DNA from: Octopus bimaculoides
Taxonomy: Eukaryota
Length of the DNA stretch: 64,000 bases
NCBI RefSeq assembly: GCF_001194135.2
Contig: NC_068985.1
Location: 9,867,547 to 9,931,546, forward strand
Reading direction: 5' to 3'
Numbering within the stretch: position 1 is the stretch's first letter; each line of letters starts with the position of its first letter. The notes below the pieces were generated by a model. The model did no database searches. It was not told the DNA's origin and was given only the letters and a program-made list of their open reading frames with translations. The position numbers were made by a program, and so were the translations under genes. Shown here piece by piece: positions 38,641-52,590 of this stretch.

Positions 38641-39498
38641 TTATAACCAATGCCATTATCATTTAATATCAGCTTCCCATGCTATCATAGGTTTGACAAG
38701 TCATCACTACCCGAGTCAATCCTTATTCAAACTTACTGACTGGTTTGAGGGTCACACAATTTCTTATACATTTCATTTTTGGCTGGTTTCTACAGCTGGA
38801 TGCCCTTCATATTGCCAACCACTTCACAGAATACACTAACTACCTCCTCTCATGACACCAACACTAAAGAAGTCGTAATGTCTTCAATATTCTCATACAT
38901 AGATAGTTTTACGTGCTTGCAATGGTTGAGAGATAGTTATCAGGTGCAGTCCTTTTCAAAGGGAAGGCACAAGGTCAGAATGGAATCCATTTACAGGAGA
39001 AAAGGGCCAAATAACATTATTTAAAAGGGCGCACTTCTTTTCCGGAGGAGGGGGTACGTGCCCCTCAGCACCCTCTCCTTGGGTCCAACCCCTGGTTATA
39101 ACTGGTGACGTACTTGTTTGAAAGACGGTGAGAGCTCATTCTATCAGTCACTATTCAAACTACACGAGAGAAAACAACACAGCATTTATCAGTCTCATTT
39201 CTGGTTGTTTTAAGAAAACATTATTTATTTAACTTGTCGATCTCTCAGCATTGGTCTAAAGAGTGTCGGTATATGGAGACATGTCATTCACTTTATTTTC
39301 AGCCTGGCCTCTTTATCTGTCTTTAGGGAAGGTTGTATGGATGAACGACAGCGTGTACCAATACCGAAGGATTGCCTTTAATTTTATTACAGAATGGATA
39401 TAGAACCAGAAAGACGAGAAAAACTAAGAACACGTATGAATGACAGAAGACGATTAAAAATAGAGATGAAAGAGAGAGAGAGAGAGAGNNNNNNNNNN

Positions 39499-39543
<45 letters not shown>

Positions 39544-41185
39544 AAGACTAAAAGAGAAAGTTTAAAAAATGAACAGAGTGAGAAAAACACTGATCGAATG
39601 GATGAATATTAAGCAGATCAATAAATAGATATGTAATAAATGGGCAGATCAAAAGAAAATAAGGGATAAATATATAAATAAAATCGAAGAGATCCAAAGA
39701 AGAAGAAAGGAAAAGGAAGAACAAGTTCGAGAAACGAGGTGTATAAACATATAGAAAAAGATAAACATATATAAAGAGATTGCATGGAAACTAATTTTAG
39801 TTCAACAGTTTCAAAACAACAGAAAACAAGCCAACGGGGAGGGCTCTACATGGTGCTCGACCTGCTAGAAATGGATGGTAAATCACCTCAAATCCAATAA
39901 AACCATAAGTAAAATGTCTTTTTTGTCATTGGACTGCGACCCCTGCTGGGTCACCACCTTCGCGTGAGCCAACAGGGGAACTTCTACATAGTTATGCGAG
40001 CTGCTAGAAACAGCAGTCAAATCTCCCTCTAATCTCATTCTCCTGTTTTAAAACGGACACTTTGGATAATGTGGTCCTTGCGCATAGGGAAATTATGGAG
40101 TGGTCATGAATGAAATGCTTTGATTAAACATTGGTCTCCTCGATCGGAGTTGACTTGTGAGCTAAGCAACAAAAACTACCGATTTCTCGTGAGATTTTAG
40201 TAAATTTAATCAACTCCAATACTAATTTTATCGACCTCAGAAGAAAACGTAAATTCGAGTTGGGTGGATTTGAACTCAGAACAGAGAAGGAAGTACAAGA
40301 TGCTGCATTCAATTCTACCAATTTGGCTATCCATGTGTGTGTGTGTGTGTGTGTAACAGAAATACTAAAAAATTACGAAAATTAAAGATCGGGTCAGAAA
40401 TGATAATGATTCTATAAAACTCCACTAATTAAAGGTTATAGTAATTAAGACTTTCAATTTCCTGCTCGATTGCAGAATGAGATTTGAGGGGAGATTAGGT
40501 TATCTGTTTTAGCAGATCGACCAACTAGATAGAAGCTCCTGGGTTAGTTTATTTCAGTGTTTAGAGAACAGTGATATGCTGTGAAATGTAATGAAACTAC
40601 GATAGGAAAAAAATAGTTGTCAAGTTCTTCCTGTCAGCCATCCATGCTCTGGTTATCGTGTGTTTAACTGTAATAATTGAAAATCGGAGTCGGGGACTGA
40701 AATAAGCAACTTAATCTAGTTTTATTTATTATTGATTAACAAAGTTTTTTTTTATTTATTTTTTTTTTTATTACTTTATTCTCTTTTTATTTTCTCTACC
40801 GGACTATTATAGTATAAATGAAGTTTAGATAAGGATGTTAGTATATATATGGGTGTGTGTGCATTTGTTTGACATTATACTTCAATTCTGACAGCTGAAG
40901 TACAAGATAACCTCAAAACTAATTCGCCTCTGCGATTAAATGATTCGGCTTAAAAGGAGCACGGAACAATCGGAGTGATACCATAAAGTTGGAGAAAGAC
41001 AACAGAGTCAACAGAAAACACCTGATCGTCTTCCGAATATCTATTGTTTGCCCCAAACTCATAAACACACAACGCAAATAAAAACAGTTTACATTCGAGA
41101 AAATTATTATAGATCGACTCCGATTGATGGAACAATAAACACATGTACTCACTCTCGCACGCACCACATGTATATTTATATATAT

Positions 41186-41216
<31 letters not shown>

Positions 41217-41236
41217 TATATATATANNNNNNNNNN

Positions 41237-41280
<44 letters not shown>

Positions 41281-41443
41281 TAAAGAGAGAAGTGTGTGTG
41301 TGAGAGAGGAATTACTTATTTAACAAACAGGAAATTATTTAAAGGACAACATATTTTCAACAAGTTTTAAAATCCACAGTAAAATTATAAGGATCAAAGG
41401 AGCGTGGATGGAATAAAATGTAATTAAATGTGACTTGTCTCAC

Positions 41444-41529
41444 CGTTGTTACATTGTAAGTTGTGAAAGGATCTTTAGAAAAGGAAGAAGCAACGAATGT
41501 AATAACACCGGTTAGAGATGTGACGTCAC
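41444..41529 (-). promoter_or_regulatory. Candidate INTS15 promoter (CRE palindrome gtgacgtcac, 41520-41529) and non-coding first exon ending at a cg|gtgaga donor (41444)
   Basis: CpG-containing patch and a consensus donor, compatible with the acceptor at 33060. No transcript evidence. Confidence 0.35.
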
Positions 41530-42215
41530 GGATGACGGTCAGAGCCGAAATTCAGTGTTCTCTAAATATTATTCCGTTTACTTATTTTTCCCGCCTTTCT
41601 TAATACGTTGAAATAATGTTTTATTTGAAATATAATGCCTTCCCTTTTCCCAGTTTTTTTTTTATTTTTACATATTAGTTAATAAAAGGTGACTCAACTA
41701 ATCCAGTTATTTTTTTATGTAAAACGAGAAAGACGAAAGTTAAAGATCAATTAAAAGAATAACTACAACTTGGAGTTTACAATTAATAGCCATTTGCGTT
41801 GATGTAAAGTAATAAAAAAGACTAGATAAGTTTGCAGTAATAATAGCTGGATTTAAATTTTGGGTGCCATGAGAAGAAAAATCGATGTAAAGCAAAGTTA
41901 CGAAAACTGGAGACGTGGTAAGATATTTCCATTCGTATGAAGCTTCACCTGCACAAGAAGACGCATATTTGAAATAAAAATAAAAAAAGCTAGCAGCAGA
42001 GACTCTTGAGTCCTAGACTGCTATTGTAAATAAATGTTAGACAAACATATCAGAAGCCAATTTAGCTGTTATTCCTGTTTTGTCGGCTTCGAGAAAAATA
42101 ATAGTGTAATTTAAAGAACAATGGCCCACTCATCAAGGATTGCTGCAGAAATATATAGTTTCTTTTGTCTGTTATGTATTCCATGAGGTTGTCTAATTCC
42201 ATCACATTGGGTAAA

Positions 42216-42490
42216 CTATCTTATTGTATATATATCCCTGTAGGTCTGATTCTGGTTCCAAATAATTCCATCAGCCTTTCCTTTCTCTCTTTCCAATAAT
42301 ACCACTCTTTCATCGGGTTCGAACATCTCATAATTCAGTTTGACTCTTATTAAATTTTTCATTTTTGCTAATCTCTTCTCTATTTCTATATCCTTGCCGT
42401 ATCTTAACATTGTTCTTATATTTCGTCCAGTAATCTGTCCTGTTTGTGCTACATATTCCTCTCTCCTCTTTACTTTCTGCTTCCACTCAT
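42216..42490 (-). mobile_element. Possible degenerate LTR-retrotransposon (integrase C-terminal-like) fragment
   Basis: ...KLNYEMFEPDERVVLLEREKGKADGIIW... loosely resembles the Gypsy F-x-x-G-D-x-V-L-L region. Weak. Confidence 0.25.
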
Positions 42491-45400
42491 CGAATCACTT
42501 ATCTATACAACACTGGCCCAAATATTGCATTGGAAGCGAAAATGGCTATTGCTTTTGTCTTTGTAACTTCGTGTGTGCAAGATTGACGAATGTCTGGATG
42601 CTTTTGCAACCGATCTGTCACAAGAACTTTAGTCTTTATTCAATTAGTTTTAAGACACATGTTTGACGCCAAAAGACGAGCTCTCCTATTTGTCTCCGAA
42701 TTATGGAATAATCTTTACTAAATTACTTAAAACGAGGAAGGCCGTGCAATCATTGAAAGGCAGCCCACCGCCGACTACAATACGAACTGAGCATATCCAA
42801 AGAGATGGAAGTTAAAAGATAGGCTGCGTAAAATACAGAATGGAAGAGATGTTTATTAGTTGGATATGAACTATTTCCCCGAATTTAAGATGTATAGAAA
42901 TGCAGACAAAAGAATATATGCAACTGTTTGGAAAATTTCTCTTTTCATCAAAACAATTCAGCATTTAAAAAAATTTTCGTTTCAGCTTGATACCGACATG
43001 TGATAGCTACACAGAAGATGCTAACCAGAACAGTATTTCTCGGAAGGTTTATGGCCTCACTGTGGCAATACTATGGTGGGGTAAGAGGCCTCAGAATAAG
43101 GGCAAAAGATTTTATATTGAAATACTTTAAAAACTGGTTTGAAAAATGAAAAAATATATATCTTAATTTTGGCGCCATACTTCGTACGATATTTTGTTGC
43201 TTTCTGACAATTTGCCAGATTTTGGATTTATAATGTGGCCTGAATTATTTTAACAACACTTTGGATTACTTCCAAAACTTGCAACCTCGGTAGAGAACAC
43301 ACACAAAGACAGAGAGACGCTGTTTGTGAAATTATTTGTGGTCGTCATTTTTCTGGAATCGTAAATAGTGAATCGGCTGCCAGTATTTTTATATACGTTT
43401 GTTATTTTATCTGAACTAGTTTGCATTTGTTTACTGATGTAATTTTGAGAAAAGCAATTGTATTATCATTGGTGATGATTAAATATACGTGCGTGGGAAA
43501 GTTGATGATATTCGTCGTGTGTAGCAAACTCATAAGAGGCGGAGAGAGAACGTAAGTTCGTTTGCCCGAACATGAGAAATTATTGATTTCTCATTGGTTA
43601 AAAATTACTGCCCATATACGAATTATGAACTTCGTTGAAGAAATCTTTCACGGGGTTCTATGATTCGTGTATGAGTAGTTATAAAAACCCTGATTTTCGG
43701 CAAACTCTCCAGTGATCGTTGAGTACTACTAAAATCCACGATACTCACCCTTTTGAGTATCGGCTAATATATATGCCATGTTCAATACTCAAGTTCGACA
43801 GGTGCTACAGTTACAAACGACATTGTTTTATAGCTAGACGGCAATTGGTGACATTTGTTGATATTTCTTGTCAACAAAATGTCGCTATCTCGCGCAGTCG
43901 AGTTTCTCTGAAATGAGAAATTCTGCCTAAGATACCGCCCCTACCTTGTATAACACATATAAGCATGGAAAACAGATGCTAAACGAACGACGGTGAGCAT
44001 GATTCAATTTTTCAAAGTTTTCTCACGTTTTTCGCCAGTTTTAAATTAAAATGAACCGATCAGGTAAACAAAAGTTGTTAATACTCAATGAAATTCTTAA
44101 AGACTGGATTTATAGCTGCTGTATACGATGGACATCCATTTTCTACTTATTAAATAAATCTCGTTTTAAGGATTGAACATCCCAACTATGTTAATTACTG
44201 AAAGATACGTTTGAAAACAGATACAGGAAAATTACTTTACTATTTAAAGTATGGTCCTAAAACAAGCTATGAAATTTTTTCTGTTCTTAGTAAAATCTGG
44301 GATGAATTATACAATTAGGAAAGAATTTAGTAAACACCAAATAGTTGTTTTCCTCAAAACAGTTGTGGAGAAGTATGAAAAAGATGTCTAAATAATGACA
44401 TTGAATTACAGCATAATCAGCAGTGGAATAGATGCAAAAGTCTAGAAGGTGAAAAAACAATATGAGAAACTAAAATTAAAATTTTCAATAGAGATAGATA
44501 AATCTAGCTTATGAGTAGGAGATATGTTACTGGCATATGTGAGTTTTTTTTTTCTTTTTTTAGATGGAAGAATTTAGAAGAGATATTGGTTTGTGAAAAA
44601 TTAGAAACAATCACTTCCGCAGTTGATATCTGTAGCAAATAGTAATTATTTGGAAAAGAAAAAAGCCCCCTACTAAATAACGATCAGTTGCCTATGGCAT
44701 TTAAAGAAAAAAAAGCAACGTTATTGTAACATCAATTGGAGGATGCTGGAAAAACCTCGGCCATATCTCACTGGCAGTAGGTAATGCAAACACTGCTTAG
44801 CAGAGAAGAGAATCAGTTTATAGAACTCACATTATCCTGATACCTTCCTGAACTCATGAGCTAACCTACACACTTCTTACATGGTTATCCCCACACCATC
44901 TCTGGTCCTGACCCTTTAGAGGATTCATCCCGCCAACCTTTTATTTTCCTCTCTGAACCTTTTCAGACCTCTCACGCAATCATTCGGTTCTTGCATTAAC
45001 GCGCATATATATTTCTATGTGTGGAGGCGCAATGGCCCAGTGGTTAGAGCAGCGGACTCGCGGTCGTAGGATCGCGATTTCGATTCCCAGGCCGGGCGTT
45101 GTGAGTGTTTATTGAGCGAAAACACCTAAAGCTCCACAAGGCTCCATCAGTGGGTGGTGGCGAACCCTGCTGTATTCGTTCACCACAACTTTCTCTCACT
45201 CTTTCTTTCTGTTTTTTCTTGGATCGTTCGTAAACGTTCATAAGAAAAAGTAGCAATTGAAACGATTTGTAAGAGGAGTAGGAATAGTGAAGTAGATTAT
45301 TTTAGAGGGTAAAAGTGATTTTGTATGTAGTTTTATGGATTTTATTCGTAATTGGGAGTTATTTTGACTGAAAAAAATGACGCTGCGACCTAACTTATTG

Positions 45401-45515
45401 TATTTAGAATATTAATTCCGATTCTTTCATCGAAGAAATTTAGAATTGTGTAAATGTATGAATTTTAAACATACACACACAGATACACACACACACACAA
45501 ATCTGCCTTTTATAG

Positions 45516-45556
<41 letters not shown>

Positions 45557-46778
45557 AACAAAAGTTGGGATGCGTGGCGTTCAGTTATTCCATTAATGAA
45601 AAATGCATTAAATTCTACAAAACGTACACGTAAGACAGACACCAGCCTCCAAATCCTTCAGTTATCGACCAAAAAATACTAATACCCAGTTACACACACA
45701 CACACACATCTATGTATAATTAGTCACTATGACGATATTTGAACCTCTTATAGGGATAGTTTTATCCAAGTTATACTGGTTTAATATATTATATTTTAAA
45801 GAGATATTTCTTCAAATATATTATAAAAATATCAAATATTATTATTAAGTAAGAAAATGGAGAGATTTAATGGATATAAATTAACTTATTAATCAATAAT
45901 TTCCCTATAATTGTTTCAATTCATACCCGATACAAATTACAAAACATATAATAATAATAATAATAATATAAGTTTACATTTTGAAGATCTTGAGTGAAAT
46001 ATCTTCAGGGCAAAGGACATTACGGAGTTTACATGTTGATCAGTTGAGATACTCTGCACATTAATCAAAATGTACAGTTTTATAGATCTATTACAACCGA
46101 ATTTACCAATCGGTTTCGCCCTATATACTAAAACAGCATGGTTAAGTAACAAGGCATGCTCTTCAGAAAAAACCGTCTTGTTATCTAACATACGATTTTA
46201 GAACTTAATGCAAAATCGATTACAAAGATAGTCTTTAATGGATCTATAATATCGGATATTTTGATTAATATACCTTCTCGATTGACAAATATATGACTGT
46301 GCATGTTTTTCTTAGCATATAAATCCTTAGACGACTATGTATGTATGTTTGAGATCAGTCATTATCTCCCTTGACCAATCTAAATGGACATAATTTGTAG
46401 TTTTACTTTTTCAGTTTAAAAACTCTTAATTTGTTAAGAGTGTTTTTACAAGATTATTTTACTGATATTCTTATATTTATGTTTATCGAAGTCTCTTCAA
46501 TTATTCGCTTATATCATAATTATTTGAAAATCTTGTAGTAAACTGAAAAAACGATTATCTGATTTTAAATGTTTTATTTTATAATAAAGATCTAAAATCA
46601 ACACGCATGAATTCTTATGTTTTGTTTCTGTATTTATCATATTTGATTATATGAAGATTTAGAAGTGATTTTCGCAAACTCATTGTCAATAGATAAATAG
46701 AGAAAAAAAAAAAAAAAATTCTTTGGATGTTTTCGTTATCAGGAACAAAAATAACATAACACCGGAAACGACAAAACA

Positions 46779-46949
46779 ATGGCGGGATTAGAATTATTGT
46801 CGGATCAAGGATTTCGTGTTGATGGACGAAGACCTCATGAATTACGGAAAATACAGTGTCGCCTCGGCGTGTTCGGACAGGCTGATGGTTCAGCTTATTT
46901 GGAAATGGGTAACACGAAAGTCCTGGCTGCTGTTTATGGACCTCATGAG
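46779..46949 (+). CDS. EXOSC4: Exosome component RRP41, exon 1 (57 codons)
   Basis: MAGLELLSDQGFRVDGRRPHELRKIQ...ADGSAYLEMGNTKVLAAVYGPHE is RNase PH domain 1. Donor gtaaga. Confidence 0.96.
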
Positions 46950-47171
46950 GTAAGACGGACTCTTTTTTTCAAAACTCACGTGTTAACATCCTTTAAATTA
47001 AACAAATATTTAATTTACTTCAATAATTAAATGTAATACATGTAACTGTACATTAGTATCAAGTTTATTAATTCTGTACTGTGCATGGTATCAGTAAAAC
47101 TAATCTGGCAACATATATGATTTGTAGTTTTACTCATATAAATTCGTGCGGATTATAAGACTTTGGGGTAG

Positions 47172-47532
47172 AGATGGACTATATGTAATCTGAACCTTTC
47201 CCCCCCTTATTTATTATTTTTTTACGGAATCCCACGTTTTAGGCTATGGAGATGCGGATTCTGAAAAAAAAATTTTTGAAAAATTTCACCCCCCCCCAAG
47301 CAGGCTATTTACATGCTAGAAATAACAGCCAAATCTCACAAAACTAGTGTTAGGGTCAGGGTCAGGGTTAGGTTTTACCCTGTGGATCTATATAAAAACC
47401 CGGGGGGGAGGAAATCGAAATTTTGAAAGTTTTTTTTCAGAATCGGAATCTCCATAGCCTAAAACGTGGGATTCCGTAAAAAAAAGAAAATAAAACAAGG
47501 GGGGAAAGGTTCAGATTACATATAGTCCATCT
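47172..47532. mobile_element. MITE-like inverted repeat in EXOSC4 intron 1 (arms ~47172-47298 and ~47403-47532)
   Basis: 34-bp perfect outer match agatggactatatgtaatctgaacctttcccccc. The spacer contains ttagggtcagggtcagggttagg. Confidence 0.8.
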
Positions 47533-48516
47533 GGACCCTTGGGGCAAGTGTCTTCTACTATGGCCCCGGGTTGACCAAAAAAGCCCATCGTATATATGTA
47601 CACACACACACACACTACATATATCATCGTCGTTTAACGCCTGCTTTCCATGCTGGCACGGGTTGGACTGTTTGACCGAGGTCCAGAAAGACAGCGGCTG
47701 CGCCAAGCTCATTCTGATCTGGCAACGTTTCTACAACTGGATGCCCTTCCTAACGCCGACCACTCCGAGAGTGAAGTGGGTGTTTTTTTACATGCCACCA
47801 GCATGGGGCTAGTCAGGCATCAATCATGTTCAGATAGTGCCTTTTATGTGCCACCAGCATGGGAGCCAGTCAGGCGGTACTGTCATCGTCCATGTTCGGA
47901 TAGTACTTTTTACGTGCCACCAGCACGGGAGCCAGTCATCGGATCAGATTGGAGCCTGGTGCAGCCGATGGCTCTTCAGACCTCAATCAAACCGTCCAAC
48001 CCATGCCAGCATAATAAACGGACGTTTAAACAATCGTCCAACCCATGCCAGCATAGTAAACGGACGTTTAAATGATGATGATGATGAACTTGAAATTGGA
48101 AGACAAAATAAAGAAATTTCCCAGTTTATGTTTAGTCTAATCTAAAATATTCCAATTACTGAATACTTTCAAATTGCTTCCCTTATTTGTCTGTGCACTT
48201 ATAAACTTGCATTCCTCTGTCATTGCAGCTGTGTTATAAAATTTACCTGAATACACACACTATTGTTTGAAAGTTGATTTTTTTCCTGTGCTTGTTTGGG
48301 TCAGACATAATTCATTTAGATAGATTTTCTATGGCCAGACGCTCTTTCCAAGGAAAGTAATATTCCCCTATGAGCAAATCCAAGAACCAAAAAACAAGAT
48401 AACTCAGCAAAAGTCAACTGGACATACACAGTAAATATATTACATTGACTCTCAGTCAAAATTTTAGATGGTAAAACAGGAGTAGAAATGATGTTTCGAG
48501 TATGTTCTTTTGTTGG

Positions 48517-48912
48517 ATGAGTGGCTGTGTGGTAAGTAGCTTGCTAACCAATCACATAGTTCTGGGTTCAGTCCCACTGCATGGCACCTTAGGCAAGTGT
48601 CTTCTACTATAGCCTTGGGCTGACCAAAGCCTTGTGAGTGGATTTGGTAGACGGAAACTGAAAGAAGCCCGTTGTGTGTATATATATATATATATATGTG
48701 TATGTGTGTGTCTGTGTTTGTCCCCCCCAACATCGCTTGACAACCGATGCTGGTGTGTTTACGTCCCTGTATTTTAGCGGTTCGGCAAATGAGACCGATA
48801 GAATAAGTACTAGGCTTACAAAGAATAAGTCCTGGGGTCGATTTGCTCGGCTAAAGGCGGTGCTCCAGCATGGCCACAGTCAAATGACTGAAACACGTAA
48901 AAGAGTAAAAGA
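48517..48912 (+). mobile_element. SINE family B, near full length
   Basis: Same structure as the copies at 12063 and 19325. Confidence 0.8.
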
Positions 48913-49084
48913 GAGGAAGTAAAGGAAGAGAGAGCAGTGAGTCAGGTGAAAAGGATGTGTGTCACTATGATATGGCTGGAAAATAACTGGAGAGAAACAG
49001 TGGATGTGGTTTTTGAAGGTATGAGAGTGCAGAAATGGTCAGTGTGAGCTGGACATATTTTCATGGAAGATAGGAAATGAAGGA

Positions 49085-49975
49085 CACCATTTAATGCCTG
49101 CCTTCCATGCTGGCATGGGTTGGACGGTTTGACATGGAGCTGGCTAGCAGGGAGCTGTCCAGAATTCACCTGTTTGTTACGGCATGGTTTCTACAGCTTC
49201 TACGGCCTTTCCTAATGCCAACCACTTAACAGATTGTGCTAGGTGCTTTTTACGTGCCGCCGGCCTGGGTACATTTACGCATCACTGACACCAGTGCGTA
49301 AACACAGCAGTAGCATGGGCGTTTCTTTTTTAAGTAGCACTGGTACCTGAAGGAACAAACCTGTATGTGTGGAAGACAGCGCGGTTTTGCTGAGCTGGGC
49401 ACATCTTTTCGAGTAAAGCAACTCCCCACATCTCCTGGTCCCTTGTCATTTTCTCAGTGAGGCCCAGCATTCAAAAATCCTTTCTCACCACTTTGTCCTA
49501 TGTCTTCCTGGGTTCACCCCTTCCACAGGTACCCTCCATAATTAGAGCTGAGCACTTCTTTATGCAGCTGTCCTCATCCATACATATCACAAGACCAAAC
49601 CAGCACAGTCTCCGCTCTTCTGCTCACAACATCTCTTGCCTCTTATACACAGCTTTCTTCTTAAATCACATATGCTCTGTCTTGCATGCACACTGACATT
49701 ACCCATCCAGTGGAGCATGTCAGCTTCATTTCTTTCAAGCCTTCACAAGTCCTCTGTGGTCAAAGCTCATGTTTCGCTGCCAGGTAATATAGCTGTGTAC
49801 ACACATGCATCATACAGTCTGCCTTTCATTTTGAAGTAGAAGCCCTTAGTTACCAACAGGGGTAGAAGCTCTCTGATTTTCGCCCAGCCTATTCTTATCC
49901 TAGCAACTACACTTTCAAAACTCCCTCTCCACCAATGCTAACTCGGTCTCCTAGGTAACAGAAGCTATCTACTAC
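49085..49975 (-). mobile_element. RTE LINE 3' end (RT C-terminus plus 3' UTR) continuous with the family C tail
   Basis: Degenerate RT C-terminal coding sequence ending ...LGLTEKMTRDQEMW, then a UTR with ggcggcacgtaaaaagcacc and tcaaaccgtccaacccatgccagcatggaag. Confidence 0.7.
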
Positions 49976-50228
49976 TTCTAATGATCCACCTGAGCTTTTG
50001 AGGGAGCCTATTATCTGTGTATATTTAGTGCTTGTAATACTTGTTTGCTACTATTTGCAATATCAAGGAGAGAGACACACACACACACACACACACTCTC
50101 TGTCTGTCTCTCTTTTACTCTTTTACTTGTTTCAGTCATTTGACTGTGGCCATGCTGGAGCACTGCCAGTCAGGCGAGTCTGGCATCGATCATGTTTGGA
50201 TAGTGCTTTTATGTGCCACCGGCATTGG

Positions 50229-50283
<55 letters not shown>

Positions 50284-50599
50284 TCATCATCATCATCGTT
50301 TAATGTCCACTTTCCATGCTAGCATGGGTTGGACGATTTGACTGGGGACTGGCGAACCAGATGGCTGCACCAGGCTCCAATCTGATTTGGCAGAGTTTCT
50401 ACAGCTGGATGCCCTTCCTAACGCCAACCACTCCGAGAGTGTAGTGGGTGCTTTTACGTGCCACCGGCACGAAGGCCAGTCAGGCGGTACTGGCAACGGC
50501 CATGCTCAAAAAGGTGTATTTTACATGCCACCTGCACAGGAGCCACTTCGGCGGCACTGGAACTGGTTCCTGATCGCCATGATTGATCGTTAACCACTA

Positions 50600-50765
50600 A
50601 ATCTTTTTCTATTTTCTCTCCCTGTTTATTTCTGTGTTCCTTTCTGTTAAAGAGCATAGGCTCGAAACGTAAAAGACTTTCTCATTTCCTGAGCGTTAAA
50701 CTAATACATCTGATTGTTGTTTACACACTTGTCTTCGTCTTTTGTTTTTTTTTGTAAATTCCAAC
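50600..50765 (+). mobile_element. Second copy of the (TA)n-abutting element with a variant hammerhead-like motif (50640-50675)
   Basis: cttt CTGTTAA a GAGC atag GCTC GAAAC GTA aaag ... gtaaattccaac(TA)n. Confidence 0.55.
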
Positions 50766-51600
50766 TATATATATATATATATATTTATATAAGGGCATTA
50801 CTATACAATAACGCCTCACGCCATGAGCGACTCTAAGGTCAGACTACTTTAAAAAAGCACATTTTTACCGAATGCGAGGAAATGCAACTCTCAAAGCCAA
50901 CCCCTTAAAAACGGACTAAATTATAGATCATGATTTCGTAGTTATTGTAGTATTATACAACTTCTACTCGTCAGTATAATATGGTGAAGGAAAATAGCAA
51001 TAAACANNNNNNNNNNNNNNNNNNNNNNNNNNNNNNNNNNNNNNNNNNNNNNNNNNNNNNNNNNNNNNNNNNNNNNNNNNNNNNNNNNNNNNNNNNNNNN
51101 NNNNNNNNNNNNNNNNNNNNNNNNNNNNNNNNNNNNNNNNNNNNNNNNNNNNNNNNNNNNNNNNNNNNNNNNNNNNNNNNNNNNNNNNNNNNNNNNNNNN
51201 NNNNNNNNNNNNNNNNNNNNNNNNNNNNNNNNNNNNNNNNNNNNNNNNNNNNNNNNNNNNNNNNNNNNNNNNNNNNNNNNNNNNNNNNNNNNNNNNNNNN
51301 NNNNNNNNNNNNNNNNNNNNNNNNNNNNNNNNNNNNNNNNNNNNNNNNNNNNNNNNNNNNNNNNNNNNNNNNNNNNNNNNNNNNNNNNNNNNNNNNNNNN
51401 NNNNNNNNNNNNNNNNNNNNNNNNNNNNNNNNNNNNNNNNNNNNNNNNNNNNNNNNNNNNNNNNNNNNNNNNNNNNNNNNNACACACACACACACACACA
51501 CACACACATAAAAGGTTATGTAAAAAAAAAAAATTCATAAGACTCTTTTCTTTTATCTTCCGTATTTGTCTTTGGTAATTATTGGTATTCCAAATTTCAG

Positions 51601-51807
51601 ATCCGTGGAAGCAAAAGCAAAGCTCAACACGACAAAGTTCTTGTGAATTGTCAGTACAGTATGGCAACGTTCAGCACTGGAGAAAGGAAGCGAAGACCTC
51701 GTGGTGACCGCAAATCACAAGAAATGACCCTCTACCTTCAGCAAACGTTCAATGCAGCCATTATGACTTCATTTTATCCTCGGTCACAAATTGACATCTA
51801 TGTTGAG
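51601..51807 (+). CDS. EXOSC4: Exosome component RRP41, exon 2 (69 codons)
   Basis: IRGSK...VNCQYSMATFSTGERKRRPRGDRKS...YPRSQIDIYVE. Acceptor tttcag, donor gtattt. Confidence 0.96.
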
Positions 51808-52252
51808 GTATTTATTTTCTCTTACTCTGTGATTGCTCTCAGTAACTGGGAGACTTCTATGTTGGGCCATTGCATTAAAATAGATTTCTGTCGATTATAT
51901 TGACTGCTGTACCTTTTACTGGTGCATATTTCAGTGCTTGTCTGGAAAATTCACTGTGTAGATGATAATAGTAAAACGTATAGTACCAGCAATTTTTTAA
52001 ATAAAAAAAAGAGAGAATGATAGGTTTTGTGACAGCATTAAATAAACAAGTCTTTATTCAATGTCTAACATTAAACAAAATCGTGATGAGGTCATTTAAA
52101 GCGAAATTTCTTAGGGCCAATTTTCTTACTGCAAAAGTGTTCACAGTGAAATTTCCTGTAACCGTTTTAGTGAAATATTAAAGGAGGAAAAACTAATATT
52201 TAGCATACAAAGGGAGATAATTCAGGAAAAATATAAATACCACGATTTTAGT

Positions 52253-52590
52253 AATATATACACAGTCCTTTTTCTTATAGACACATTCTTCGTTTCCTAT
52301 ATATACATCTTATATATAGACAGTCCTCTTTTCCTATATACACATCTCATATATACACAGTCCTTTTTCTTATATACACATCTTATATATACGCATTCTT
52401 CGTTTCCTATATATATACATCTCATATATACACAGTCCTCTTTTCCTGTATATACATTTTATACATACACAGTCCACTTTTCCTATATTTACATCTTATA
52501 TATACACAGTCCTCTTTTCCTATATATACACCTTATATATACATGGTCCTCTTTTCCTATATACACATCTTATGTATACACAATCCTGTT
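52253..52590. repeat. Minisatellite, ~35-38-bp unit (tatatacacagtcctcttttcctatatacacatct)
   Basis: About 9 degenerate tandem units in EXOSC4 intron 2. Confidence 0.85.

Noticed and set aside
39394-39612. MDIEPERREKLR...ERERE ORF and other ORFs made of HT/VC/YI/ER repeats
   Set aside because: These are microsatellite translations, and several span N gaps.
47350-47372. Interstitial telomere
   Set aside because: It has only about four degenerate units, inside a MITE spacer.
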